Notes under the pieces: generated by a model
Told to the model about the DNA's origin: nothing
The model's input: the letters and a program-made list of their open reading frames with translations, nothing else
The model's database searches: none
Sequence record: DRR378314_174
Length of the DNA stretch: 41,416 bases
Reading direction: 5' to 3' (one strand)
Shown here: positions 9,582 through 20,212 of the stretch, piece by piece
How positions within the stretch are numbered: the stretch's first letter is position 1
Layout of the letters: each line of letters starts with the position of its first letter
Made by a program: the position numbers and the translations under genes

Positions 9582-11522
9582 GTGATTCAGAAGTTTGGGC
9601 TAAGCGCATTGGCGATTGCTATGCTGGCGGGATGTGCTGAACCAAACAGCGCCGAACTGGCAGATGTGTTTGGCGACCACATGGTCATCCAGAGAGGCCA
9701 GCCGGTGCGCGTGTTCGGCACCGGCGAGCCCGGAACCGAGCTGGCGGTAAAACTCGATGCGGCCGAACGCACGGTGACCGTCGCCGAAAGTGGCGCGTGG
9801 CAGGTGGAGTTTGCCGCTCTGCCCGCGGGCGGCATTCACGAAATTTCTCTCCATGAAGGCGGTCGCAAGCTGGATCATGTCGGCGACGTTCTGTCAGGTG
9901 ATGTGTTCCTGTGCTCCGGCCAGTCGAACATGAAATATCCGCTGAGGAACATGCCTTACGCGCCGCAGATTCTTGAGGAAGCGAGCGAGGAAAATATACG
10001 CCTGCTGATTATTTATCAAAAGGCAGCGCTGGAGCCGCAGTCAAAACTGCCCGAGCCGACCGCGTGGAGCAAGGCGACGCCGGAAACCGCGGAGTGGTTC
10101 TCTGCGATGTGCTATTTCACTGGGCGAGACATTGCCGAGACTTATGATGTGCCGGTCGGCCTGATCCAGTCAGCCTGGGGCGGCTCTCGTATCGAATCCT
10201 GGATCGATGCCCAGGTTGCGGGCGCGGCGGCGGGGCATACCGAACAGGTTGAGTTGCTGCGCACTCATGTTGATGATCCGGTCAAGGCGGCGAAGGATTA
10301 TTCGGAAAGTTGGCAGGCGAGCTGGCTGGCCGATCCGGCAACGGGTGGAGACGCCGTTTGGGACGCGCCGGACGAAGGCGACTGGGCAGCGGTGCCCGGC
10401 CAACTACGCGACTGGCGCACATGGGGAGACCCTGAACTGGCCGATCACAAGGGGATGGTGTGGCATAAGGTGAGCTTCGATCTGACAGACGCGCAGGCCA
10501 GCCAGTCAGCCAGTGTGCACATCGGATCAATCGACGATACGGACGTAACCTGGCTGAATGGTGTGGCGATCGGCACGACGTTCGATTGGGGCGGATTGCG
10601 GGTCTATGACGTGCCGGCGGACCTGTTGAGGGCTGGGCGCAATGTCCTGCTCGTCAATGCGCATAATGATTATGGCGAAGGCGGCATGAACGGTCCGGAT
10701 GCGGAGCTACGGCTAGAGCTTTCCGATGGCAGTTCGGTTTCGCTCGCGGAGGGGTGGTCCTATCGCAAGGTGCCGACGGATGTGACGCGGCCCAAGCCTG
10801 CCCCCTGGCAAACCATTCAGGGATATTCGATGCTGCACAATGCGATGATCGCGCCATTGGAAGGCGTCGGGCTGAAAGGCGCGATTTGGTATCAGGGCGA
10901 GTCCAATGCCGGAGCCGGTGCGGCTTATGAGGAATTGCTGACTCTGCTTGTTCAGGACTGGCGCGCGAAGTTCGGCGCGGACCTGCCTGTGGTGGTGGTT
11001 CAGCTGCCGCGCTTTGGCGCGTTGCCGACAGTGGCCGGGGAGCCTGGCTGGGGCATGGTTCGGGAATCCATGCGCCGGGTCGCTGCGCAGGATGACCGGG
11101 TCGGGCTGGCCGTCACCATAGACCTTGGTGATCCGTATGACATTCACCCGGCCGACAAGATTTCAGCCTCCAATCGGGTCATCCGTGTCGCGAAGGCACT
11201 GATCTACGGCGAGGCGATTGACGGGCCGAGCGGGCCGGTCGCGACAGACGCCGAAATTCTGGAGGATGAGATTCGCGTCTCATTTCAGGGAATTGATCAG
11301 GGGTTGATCACTATCAGCTCCAGCAATGTGACCGGCGTCGAGCTTTGCGATGGCGCGGCTTGCCGGTTTGCCCCGGCGACGCTGGACGGGGATGTCATGG
11401 TCATTGAAACCGATGGCGCACAGGTTTCGGAAATCCGCTACTGCCAAGGCGACTCGCCGCTGTGCAATCTGTTCGACGGCAATGGCCTGCCGGCAGGCCC
11501 GTTCTGGATGCAGATCGACTAA
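9582..11522 (+). CDS. Sialate O-acetylesterase-family (SGNH) lipoprotein with internal sugar-binding domain
   Basis: GDVFLCSGQSNM, WGGSRIESW, WYQGESN, DIHP; lipobox LAGC; GTG start after GGAGG. Confidence 0.85.
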   Translation: MIQKFGLSALAIAMLAGCAEPNSAELADVFGDHMVIQRGQPVRVFGTGEPGTELAVKLDAAERTVTVAESGAWQVEFAALPAGGIHEISLHEGGRKLDHVGDVLSGDVFLCSGQSNMKYPLRNMPYAPQILEEASEENIRLLIIYQKAALEPQSKLPEPTAWSKATPETAEWFSAMCYFTGRDIAETYDVPVGLIQSAWGGSRIESWIDAQVAGAAAGHTEQVELLRTHVDDPVKAAKDYSESWQASWLADPATGGDAVWDAPDEGDWAAVPGQLRDWRTWGDPELADHKGMVWHKVSFDLTDAQASQSASVHIGSIDDTDVTWLNGVAIGTTFDWGGLRVYDVPADLLRAGRNVLLVNAHNDYGEGGMNGPDAELRLELSDGSSVSLAEGWSYRKVPTDVTRPKPAPWQTIQGYSMLHNAMIAPLEGVGLKGAIWYQGESNAGAGAAYEELLTLLVQDWRAKFGADLPVVVVQLPRFGALPTVAGEPGWGMVRESMRRVAAQDDRVGLAVTIDLGDPYDIHPADKISASNRVIRVAKALIYGEAIDGPSGPVATDAEILEDEIRVSFQGIDQGLITISSSNVTGVELCDGAACRFAPATLDGDVMVIETDGAQVSEIRYCQGDSPLCNLFDGNGLPAGPFWMQID

Positions 11523-11528
11523 GGCGAC

Positions 11529-12446
11529 TTATTCGGCTGGCACCATGTCGGGCGCGTCGCGGCGGATGGCGCGTCGGATGACATCGCCATAGCCGTGCGA
11601 GATGCAATCGAACTCATCATAGTATCCGCGTGAGGATAACAGCGTGTGCAGCCGCTTCAGCCGGTAGGGCGGGATCGACGCGAACATGTGATGCTCCAGA
11701 TGATAGTTCACATCATTCGGTGCAATCAGAACGCGTTGCCAGAAGGGCGCCACTGTCGTGCCGGTGTTCAGGCGTGGGTCCAGGCTGGTGCGATCCAGTG
11801 CCGTGCCATGTTCACCAATCTGGCGCAGACGGACAATTGCAGGGTAGACGAACAATTCGGCCGCCCACCACATCAAATAGGCCCACGGGGCGCCGACCGC
11901 TGTCAGCACGCCAAGCAGGCCGACATGGAAAGTCAGCCAGGGCCAGTGGCGAGAGAGTTTGAAACTCCGAATCTTGCGCATCGTGTCGCGAAACCCGGTC
12001 TGCCCGGTCAGGTCGCGCACGAATTTGCGGCGCAGGCTCTCTTTCGGAACCGGATAATTCTTCACGAAGATGATGTCCGGATCGTCCGGCGTGCCGGCAT
12101 ATTTGTGGTGCTTCAAATGGTAGGCGCGATAGGCGGGCAGGGAGATGTTCATCGGTGCGCCAGCAATCCAGTGCCCGACGAACTCATCCATTTTCGGGCT
12201 CTTGAAGAAGGCGTGATGCGCGCAGTCATGATTGATAATGCCAAGCCCCAGCTGCCGCCCGCCAAGAATCAGCACGCCGCCCAGAATGGTCAGTGGGTTC
12301 GGCCAGATGATCGCCACCGCGAACGCCGCAATGATCAGGCCCCAGTTCCAGCTGAGCGTGGCCAGCGCACGAATATCGGATTTCTTGCGCAGCTCCCGCA
12401 ATTCCTCCTTGGTAACGGCTTCCGACAGCTTCATCTTGGCGGACAT
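11529..12446 (-). CDS. Membrane fatty acid desaturase family protein
   Basis: His boxes HDCAHH, HLKHH, HLEHH; TM segments. Confidence 0.9.
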   Translation of the reverse strand: MSAKMKLSEAVTKEELRELRKKSDIRALATLSWNWGLIIAAFAVAIIWPNPLTILGGVLILGGRQLGLGIINHDCAHHAFFKSPKMDEFVGHWIAGAPMNISLPAYRAYHLKHHKYAGTPDDPDIIFVKNYPVPKESLRRKFVRDLTGQTGFRDTMRKIRSFKLSRHWPWLTFHVGLLGVLTAVGAPWAYLMWWAAELFVYPAIVRLRQIGEHGTALDRTSLDPRLNTGTTVAPFWQRVLIAPNDVNYHLEHHMFASIPPYRLKRLHTLLSSRGYYDEFDCISHGYGDVIRRAIRRDAPDMVPAE

Positions 12447-12496
12447 GGCAGGCCTCCCATCCTGTGCTTTAATTTTTTGTTACATAAAATGTCGGT

Positions 12497-13336
12497 ATGA
12501 GTCAATTCATGTATTATTATGAGCCCCTGACCCCCGAAGACGTCTCGGCCCGCGCGCTGGTCCTCTCCTTGATGAGCAGCACAGACGCGTCTCCTCAGGC
12601 CATCGGGCGATTGATCCACGCCGCGGCCCTGTTCGGGATCGAGGCGTCGACCTTGCGCGTGGCCGTTACGCGGCTGATCAAGGATGAATTGCTGGAAAGC
12701 CCTGAGCGCGGCATCTATTCCCCCGGCCCGAAGGCGCAGGCGTTGATGCGGCGGGTGAAACAGTGGGAGCATGTGGCCGGGCGCATGGTCGACTGGAATG
12801 GTGACTGGCTGGTCGCGCTGACCAGGCATCTCGGCCGCAGCGATCGCAAGCAGCTGCGCGCGCGGGAACGGGCATTGGCCCTGTTCGGCTATCAGCAGAC
12901 GGAGGAAGGCTTCTGGGTACGGCCCGCAAATCTGGCAGGCGATCTGGAAAGTCACCGGGCGGGCCTGACAGAGATCGGCGCGGACGAGGACATTATCCTC
13001 ATGCGCGCGTCCGACATGGCGATGGCCGGGCCGCAGGATTGGGCGAGCCTGTGGTCGCCGGATGCGCTGTCGCGTTCCTATGCGCACGCAATCGACACAA
13101 TGGACAAGAGCATGGCCACGCTGGACGGGAAGGCGGTGGATGCAGCGGCGCGCGAGACGCTGCTGATCGGACAGCCCGTGATCCGTGCCATCAACTTTGA
13201 TCCGCTACTGCCGCCAGAGCTGGGCGATCAGGATGGATTGTTGCGCATGGCGGACAAGATGCGCGCCTACAACAAGATCGGTCAGGCCTGCTGGCAGCGA
13301 TATTATGCCTCCATAGAAAAAGCGGCGCAGGAGTGA
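12497..13336 (+). CDS. PaaX-family transcriptional regulator
   Basis: N-terminal wHTH (LFGIEASTLRVAVTRL...RG.Y), WNGDWL, DPLLPPEL as in PaaX. Confidence 0.8.
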   Translation: MSQFMYYYEPLTPEDVSARALVLSLMSSTDASPQAIGRLIHAAALFGIEASTLRVAVTRLIKDELLESPERGIYSPGPKAQALMRRVKQWEHVAGRMVDWNGDWLVALTRHLGRSDRKQLRARERALALFGYQQTEEGFWVRPANLAGDLESHRAGLTEIGADEDIILMRASDMAMAGPQDWASLWSPDALSRSYAHAIDTMDKSMATLDGKAVDAAARETLLIGQPVIRAINFDPLLPPELGDQDGLLRMADKMRAYNKIGQACWQRYYASIEKAAQE

Positions 13337-13352
13337 TCCCGCGCCGCTTCGT
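13316..13352. terminator. Stem-loop between convergent regulator and ccrM
   Basis: AAGCGGCGC...GCGCCGCTT with an A-tract on the left (T-tract on the minus strand). Confidence 0.6.
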
Positions 13353-13374
13353 GTTCTGATAGTCCGGAGGCGGT

Positions 13375-14550
<1,176 letters not shown>

Positions 14551-14594
14551 AGCCCGGAAATATTTCGGGTCCGAAACTAACAGCGAAAATGACC

Positions 14595-14639
14595 TGTGGA
14601 TAGAGTTGTGGATAGAGTTGTGGATAATCCTGTGCACAA
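14595..14639. promoter_or_regulatory. Four tandem DnaA-box-like 9-mers with a 12-bp period
   Basis: TGTGGATAG 14595, TGTGGATAG 14607, TGTGGATAA 14619 (perfect), TGTGCACAA 14631. Confidence 0.7.
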
Positions 14640-14761
14640 GGCTCGGGAAACCCTGTAAAATCTGCGTGGGCATCCTGCTGCAGCGCCTTACTCGGGAAAT
14701 GTCCTTATCCCGTTTTCTGCCGTGCGCATTACGGTGCTCGTCAGTCCAACGGAGAAAGATC

Positions 14762-15790
14762 ATGACTGAGGCTACGATGAAGGCTGCCGTGGTGCGGGAA
14801 TTCGGCAAACCGCTGGTGATCGAGGAGGTGAAGACGCCGAAGCCGGGGCCAGGGGAAATTCAGGTAAAGATCGAGGCGTGCGGCGTATGCCATACGGATC
14901 TGCACGCCGCGCGCGGCGATTGGCCGGTCAAGCCGCAACCGCCCTTCATTCCCGGTCATGAAGGTGTGGGTTACGTGTCCGGCGTTGGCGCTGGCGTTAC
15001 GCATGTCAGGGAGGGCGACCGCGTGGGCGTCCCGTGGCTCTACTCGGCGTGTGGACATTGTGAGCATTGCCTCGGCGGATGGGAGACCCTGTGCGAGAGC
15101 CAGCGCAATACCGGGTATTCGGTGAATGGCGGCTTTGCCGAATATGTCATCGCCGACCCGAATTATGTCGGGCACCTGCCGGACAATATCTCCTTCGTAG
15201 AGATTGCGCCGGTCCTGTGCGCTGGAGTGACCGTCTACAAGGGGCTGAAGGTGACCGACACAAAGCCCGGCGACTGGGTTTCGATTTCCGGCATTGGCGG
15301 GCTGGGCCATATGGCAGTCCAGTATGCGCGCGCAATGGGACTGCGTGTGGCCGCAGTCGATGTTGACGAGTCCAAGCTCGCCCTCGCGAGGCAATTGGGG
15401 GCAGAGGTGACGGTGAATGCTGCCCAGACGGATCCGGCGACTTTCCTGCGCAAGGAAATCGGCGGGGCACATGGCGCTCTTGTTACAGCGGTTTCGGTGA
15501 AAGCGTTCGAACAGGCTCTCGGCATGGTACGTCGCGGCGGGACCGTGTCGCTGAATGGCTTGCCGCCCGGTGATTTTCCCCTGTCCATCTTCAACATGGT
15601 GCTGAACGGCATCACGGTGCGCGGTTCAATTGTCGGCACCCGCCTCGACCTTCAGGAGTCGCTGGATTTTGCAGCGGCGGGCAGGGTGCGCGCGCACACG
15701 GCTACCGCGCGCCTGGAAGAGATCAACGCCGTCTTTGACAAGATGCTGGAGGGCGGTATCGACGGGAGAATTGTGCTCGATTTCGCCTAG
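14762..15790 (+). CDS. adhP: Zn-dependent alcohol dehydrogenase (AdhP type)
   Basis: CHTDLH, GHEGVG, structural Zn motif CGHCEHC...C, GIGGLG; ATG after GGAG. Confidence 0.92.
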   Translation: MTEATMKAAVVREFGKPLVIEEVKTPKPGPGEIQVKIEACGVCHTDLHAARGDWPVKPQPPFIPGHEGVGYVSGVGAGVTHVREGDRVGVPWLYSACGHCEHCLGGWETLCESQRNTGYSVNGGFAEYVIADPNYVGHLPDNISFVEIAPVLCAGVTVYKGLKVTDTKPGDWVSISGIGGLGHMAVQYARAMGLRVAAVDVDESKLALARQLGAEVTVNAAQTDPATFLRKEIGGAHGALVTAVSVKAFEQALGMVRRGGTVSLNGLPPGDFPLSIFNMVLNGITVRGSIVGTRLDLQESLDFAAAGRVRAHTATARLEEINAVFDKMLEGGIDGRIVLDFA

Positions 15791-16875
15791 ACATCCAGTC
15801 GCATCTGGCCGCCTCTGTCCTCGACTACGCGAAACAGATCCGTGCGCAGGGGCTCTACCGGGTGGTTCATGTCGAGCTTTGCGATGGCGCGGCCAAACCG
15901 TTTGGAAATCAGGTCCGCCATCGGCCCGCCGCCGCGCATGCGTTCATGCCAGGTGGCGTCATAATCCTTCCCGCCGCGCATTTCCCGGACAAGGTTGATC
16001 ACCCGTGCGGCCCGGTCCGGCACATGCTGCACCAGCCATTCAAGGATCAGGTCCTTGATCTCATAGGGCAGGCGCAACATCACGTAGCCCGCCCGGGTCG
16101 CGCCATGATCGGACACCGCTTCCAGAAGGCTTTCAATCTCGTGATCGTTCAGGCCGGGAATGATTGGCGCGGTCATGGCGGTGACCGGAATGCCCGCATC
16201 GGCCAGTGCGCGCATCGTGTCCAGTCGTTTCTGGGGCGTTGCGGCGCGCGGCTCCATCTTGCGGGAGAGTGTGCGGTCCAGCGTGGTGATGGACACGCCG
16301 ACACGGGCAAGCCCGGCCTTGGCCATGGGCGCGATCAGGTCGATGTCCCGCTGGATCAGGGCAGACTTTGTCAGCAGGCTGACCGGGTGGCGATAGGCGT
16401 ACAGCACCTCCAGTAATTCGCGGGTCAGGCGCTGTTCCCGCTCAACCGGCTGGTAGGCATCCGTGTTCATGCCCAGCGCGATCACACGCGGCACATAGTC
16501 GGGCTTTGACAGCTCCCGCTTCAGCAATTCGACCGCGTTCTCCTTGTAGAAAAGCTTGCTCTCGAAATCGAGACCGGCCGAAAGCCCTTCCCAGGTATGC
16601 GTGGGCCGGGCGAAGCAGTAGATGCAGCCATGCTCACAGCCGCGATAGGGGTTCACAGTCCGGTCAAAGGAGATGTCCGGCGACTTGTTGTAAGTGATGA
16701 TCTTGCGGGCGGTATCCTTCATCAGGACCGTTTCCAGCCGCCCGGCATCATCCTCTATCGCGCCCCAGCCATCGTCAAAGGCATGATGAGTCTGCTTTTC
16801 ATACCGGCCAGTCTGATTGGAAACGGCGCCGCGTCCGCGATGTTCAAAGCGTTCCTGCGCGGCGTTGGTGTCCAT
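15787..16875 (-). CDS. PA0069-family radical SAM protein (SplB-like, DNA-repair associated)
   Basis: [24 protein letters not shown] (CX3CX2C), TDAYQPVE; start placed at ATG 16875. Confidence 0.9.
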   Translation of the reverse strand: MDTNAAQERFEHRGRGAVSNQTGRYEKQTHHAFDDGWGAIEDDAGRLETVLMKDTARKIITYNKSPDISFDRTVNPYRGCEHGCIYCFARPTHTWEGLSAGLDFESKLFYKENAVELLKRELSKPDYVPRVIALGMNTDAYQPVEREQRLTRELLEVLYAYRHPVSLLTKSALIQRDIDLIAPMAKAGLARVGVSITTLDRTLSRKMEPRAATPQKRLDTMRALADAGIPVTAMTAPIIPGLNDHEIESLLEAVSDHGATRAGYVMLRLPYEIKDLILEWLVQHVPDRAARVINLVREMRGGKDYDATWHERMRGGGPMADLISKRFGRAIAKLDMNHPVEPLRTDLFRVVEDRGGQMRLDV

Positions 16876-16944
16876 CAGTGTGACACGGCCCTTGGGCGAA
16901 AGTTTCTGTCCTGTCCTCATGAGGAGAACAGGTCACAAGCCCAA

Positions 16945-16959
16945 GAACAAATCAAGAAC
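16945..16959 (-). promoter_or_regulatory. Alphaproteobacterial LexA (SOS) box
   Basis: GAAC-AAATCAA-GAAC (GTTC-N7-GTTC on the minus strand) 70 bp upstream of the radical SAM gene. Confidence 0.8.
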
Positions 16960-16992
16960 ATTTGTTGCCGCGTCTGGCGGAAACCTGTGAAA

Positions 16993-17403
16993 TCAGATGC
17001 CCTTCAGGGAGGCGAAATTATCAAACACCTTGCGCACGCTGACGGGCATCTCGCGGTCGAGCACATCTGTCATGACGTGCATCTTCTTGAACTTCTCTTT
17101 GCTTTGCAGCTCCGGCGTCTTGCGCGCGACCATGCGCCAGTCTGAAAAGATCCGCAGCTGGGCTGGTTCAACAAGGACAGTCGTCACTGAAACGTGTCGC
17201 TTGTCGGTCAGAATGCGATTGTAGATATTCTCGACATTCGATTGCGGGCCTTCCAGCAATTGCAGGAAGTTCAGGCCATTGAACAGCAACACACCCGTCA
17301 GGCTCTGCACCTCGTTTACGCGCTGAGCCGTTGCCACGATATCGTCGATATCGCTTTCCTGAATCGTGTCGATTGCTGTGCTGATATAGATCAGTCTTTT
17401 CAT
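16993..17403 (-). CDS. Stand-alone BLUF blue-light sensor
   Basis: LIYIS (Tyr), N...LTGVLL....FLQLLEG (Gln), D.RH, R.F..W.M. Confidence 0.9.
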   Translation of the reverse strand: MKRLIYISTAIDTIQESDIDDIVATAQRVNEVQSLTGVLLFNGLNFLQLLEGPQSNVENIYNRILTDKRHVSVTTVLVEPAQLRIFSDWRMVARKTPELQSKEKFKKMHVMTDVLDREMPVSVRKVFDNFASLKGI

Positions 17404-17474
17404 AGGTGTCCTGTTGCCTGAGCGCGCCCCCCTTGGACACCGCTTCCAGATTTTGTTCGATAACTTAAATCAAG

Positions 17475-18080
17475 TTAACAGAGATTGTCAGCACTCCAGA
17501 TTTTCCAATCTTCCTTCGTGTCTACGTCCTGTAGCGTTGGCAACAGGGCCACGCGAAAGCCGGGAGGCAGATTCTTGCGAAGATCGGCCATTGCGTGAGG
17601 CCCTGACCAGCGCACATTTTCAAACATAGGTGGCAAACCGGGCCTTTTGTTCAACCCGAATAGCCAGAATCCGCCATCTGTCGCCGGGCCGAAGATGGCG
17701 TCATTGCGCGGCAAGAGCCGCTCGGCGCGCAAGAGCAGGGCGGGGCTGATGTCCGGCGCATCCGTGCCGATGAACATGACCGGCCCGTTTGGGGAGTCAG
17801 CAAGCCCTTTTGCCAGCTTCTCGGTCAGTGTGCCCGGCCCCTGACTGACGCGCGGCAGATGTGGCGGCAGCAGGCCCCCCAGCGTTTCGCCCAGCGCGCG
17901 GTCGGGTGAGAGATACAGCGACACATCAAGCCCGCTGGCTGCGGCGGCGCGCATCGTGCGGGCCAGGGTGAAATGGGCAATGCGGCGCGCCTCCGTCCGG
18001 CCCATACCCGCGGCAAGCCGTGTCTTGGCAAGGCCCATACGCGGCGGCTTGGCATAGATGAGAAGCCGGGCGCGGCGCAT
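17475..18080 (-). CDS. DUF2064/TIGR04282-type transferase (CofC-like fold)
   Basis: AK.P..G.AKTRLA, IGTDAP, GPATDGGFWLFG, V.WS, L.DVD. Confidence 0.85.
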   Translation of the reverse strand: MRRARLLIYAKPPRMGLAKTRLAAGMGRTEARRIAHFTLARTMRAAAASGLDVSLYLSPDRALGETLGGLLPPHLPRVSQGPGTLTEKLAKGLADSPNGPVMFIGTDAPDISPALLLRAERLLPRNDAIFGPATDGGFWLFGLNKRPGLPPMFENVRWSGPHAMADLRKNLPPGFRVALLPTLQDVDTKEDWKIWSADNLC

Positions 18081-18763
18081 CAGCGATACGCCTTTGCCAG
18101 CGTCTCCGGCTTTGCCCCGAGCAGGAACCGCGTCAGCAGGGCGGCATTGCCCCAGGCCCGTTTGCGCCAGCCATCGCGTTCGTATTTCTCGGCGGAGGTG
18201 CGCGCTTCAGCACTCAGGAATGAGAGCCGCGCCTTGCCCAGCGCCCGCACGATCATCACGTCTTCCATCAGCGGCACATCCGCATAACCGCCAATCTCGT
18301 CATACAGCTTGCGGGAGACCAGCAGGCCCTGATCCCCATAAGGCAGGCCAAGCCAGCGGGCGCGGCGATTGGCGCGCGCCTCCAGCCAGCGGGCCGCGCG
18401 ATCATCCGAGCGATACTTCAGGGTAAAGGCCGCTGCATTGCCGGGCCGAGTGTCCATATGGTGCGCGGCGCGTTCGGCCCAGTCGGGGGAGAGATACGTG
18501 TCGGCATGCAGGAACAGCAGCCACTCGCCCCGCGCGGCCTTTGCGCCGGCCGCCAGCTGTGCCCCGCGCCCACTTGCCCCGGTTACCAGTGTCGCGCCCG
18601 TGTCCCCGGCAATGCGCGGCGTTGCATCATCAGAGCCGCCATCGGAGACAATCACCTCACGGATCAGGCCCAGCTCCAGCCCCGGCATCAGCGCCTGCAG
18701 ACAGTCCGGCAGGCTGCGGGCGGCGTTCAGTGTGGGAATGATGACAGAGAGTGGGGCGGCCAT
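18080..18763 (-). CDS. TIGR04283-type family 2 glycosyltransferase
   Basis: SVIIPTLN, DGGSDD, GRGAQL..GA, LFLHADT, YGDQGL, LMEDV; TGATG overlap with the downstream gene. Confidence 0.88.
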   Translation of the reverse strand: MAAPLSVIIPTLNAARSLPDCLQALMPGLELGLIREVIVSDGGSDDATPRIAGDTGATLVTGASGRGAQLAAGAKAARGEWLLFLHADTYLSPDWAERAAHHMDTRPGNAAAFTLKYRSDDRAARWLEARANRRARWLGLPYGDQGLLVSRKLYDEIGGYADVPLMEDVMIVRALGKARLSFLSAEARTSAEKYERDGWRKRAWGNAALLTRFLLGAKPETLAKAYR

Positions 18764-18794
18764 GAATTTCCCCTAGCAGGCAATTGTGCGCTGC

Positions 18795-18819
18795 GGAACC
18801 GACGAGCGGTTAACACGTT
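18795..18819 (+). promoter_or_regulatory. EcfG/SigT-type general stress promoter
   Basis: GGAAC-N16-CGTT 33 bp upstream of the hemerythrin ATG. Confidence 0.7.
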
Positions 18820-18852
18820 CAGCAGGGACAGAATTGAACAAGGATCCCTCAC

Positions 18853-19329
18853 ATGCCGTCGATTTACGAAACCCTGAAGAAAGACCATGATACGCATCGC
18901 GAGCTGCTCGCCCAGCTGGCTGAGACAACCGGCGATTCGTCGCGCCGCCGCGAACTCTGGAAACAATTCTACTATGATGTCGGTGGCCACGCCGCAGCCG
19001 AGGAAGAAACCTTCTACAGCCCGCTGATGGAGAAAGAAGACGGCCAGCCCAAGGGCCGCCATTCAGTTGCCGAGCACAAGGAGCTCGACGACATCATCCA
19101 GGAACTGGACGAGATGGATATGAGTTCCCCCGGATGGATGACGCGCTTCAAGACGCTGCGTCATGACTATGAGCATCATATCGACGAGGAAGAAGAAGAG
19201 ATCTTCCCGGTTGCTAAGAAGGTTATCGGCAAGGATGAAGATGGCGCGATCAGCCAGTCCTTCCTCAAGCGCAAGGAACGCGAACGCAAGATCGTCGACG
19301 AAAAGGCCGAAGCCGCGCTGGAGGAGTAA
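18853..19329 (+). CDS. Hemerythrin/HHE domain protein
   Basis: L..DH, H...EE..FY, EH, HH..EEE..IFP. Confidence 0.88.
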   Translation: MPSIYETLKKDHDTHRELLAQLAETTGDSSRRRELWKQFYYDVGGHAAAEEETFYSPLMEKEDGQPKGRHSVAEHKELDDIIQELDEMDMSSPGWMTRFKTLRHDYEHHIDEEEEEIFPVAKKVIGKDEDGAISQSFLKRKERERKIVDEKAEAALEE

Positions 19330-20118
19330 TTATCCCTCCAGTTCCCCAAGCCGCTGTTCGACCAGCAACAAGTCCCGCCATGCGCGGGATTTGTCTTGTG
19401 GGCGGCGCAAAAGATAGGCCGGATGCAGGATAGGGATCAGCGGCGCGGCAAAGCCGCCCGCCGTTTTGTACACATGTTCCGTGCCGCGCAGTCGCATGAT
19501 GCCATCCGAGCTTGCCAACAGGGATTTCGCCGGAACGCCGCCCGCCGCGATGATCACTTTCGGCTGGCTCAGCTCGATCATCCGGTCCACGAAGGGGCGG
19601 CACACGGCCAGCTCCTCGGCTTCGGGATTCCGGTTTCCGGGCGGGCGCCAGTAATTCACATTCGTGATGAAGGCATTTTCCGTACGGTCGCGCTTAATCG
19701 CCGCCAGCATCCGGTCCAGCAATTGTCCGGCCGGACCAACAAAAGGGACACCGCGACGATCTTCTTCCGGACCGGGGCCTTCACCGATCACCATCAGGCT
19801 CGCGCCCGGTGTGCCATCATAGACGGCGGTTTTTTCTGCAGCGGCTTTCAGGGGGCTGCCCTCAAAGGCTTCGATGGCCGCTTTCAGCGCTTCGACCGAA
19901 TCACACGCCGCAGCAGCGTTTCGGGCCTCTTCCACCCAGTCGACTTTCTTGCGACGCGGACGCCGTACAGGCGTTGCAGAGGCTGCAGGCGCGGCTGGCG
20001 CGGCGCCCTCGGCAACCTTCAAATACGCCTGTACCGTGGCGTCATCGACCTCCACGCCCATGTCGCCCCACCATTCGGTGAGGGCCTGAATTGCATCAAT
20101 TGACGCAGGGGCGGGCAT
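19330..20118 (-). CDS. Uracil-DNA glycosylase family 4
   Basis: IGEGPG.EED..G.PFVGPAGQLLDRML, WRPPGNRNP, HPAYLLR; start placed at ATG 20118. Confidence 0.9.
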   Translation of the reverse strand: MPAPASIDAIQALTEWWGDMGVEVDDATVQAYLKVAEGAAPAAPAASATPVRRPRRKKVDWVEEARNAAAACDSVEALKAAIEAFEGSPLKAAAEKTAVYDGTPGASLMVIGEGPGPEEDRRGVPFVGPAGQLLDRMLAAIKRDRTENAFITNVNYWRPPGNRNPEAEELAVCRPFVDRMIELSQPKVIIAAGGVPAKSLLASSDGIMRLRGTEHVYKTAGGFAAPLIPILHPAYLLRRPQDKSRAWRDLLLVEQRLGELEG

Positions 20119-20212
20119 CTGGACGCTCTGGACCTTCCTGATAGACGCTGTAATTGCTTTACCAAATGGGCTTATGAGCGGGCAACCTATCACCCGCAAG
20201 GAGGAGAAACCA

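Noticed and set aside
14606-14761. N-terminal extension of adhP (MWIELWIIL...) from the ORF track
   Set aside because: It is the translated DnaA-box repeat; the SD and family alignment start at ATG 14762
17465-17478. CtrA box upstream of BLUF
   Set aside because: TTAA-N6-TTAA has the wrong spacing (needs N7); kept only as an unassigned palindrome
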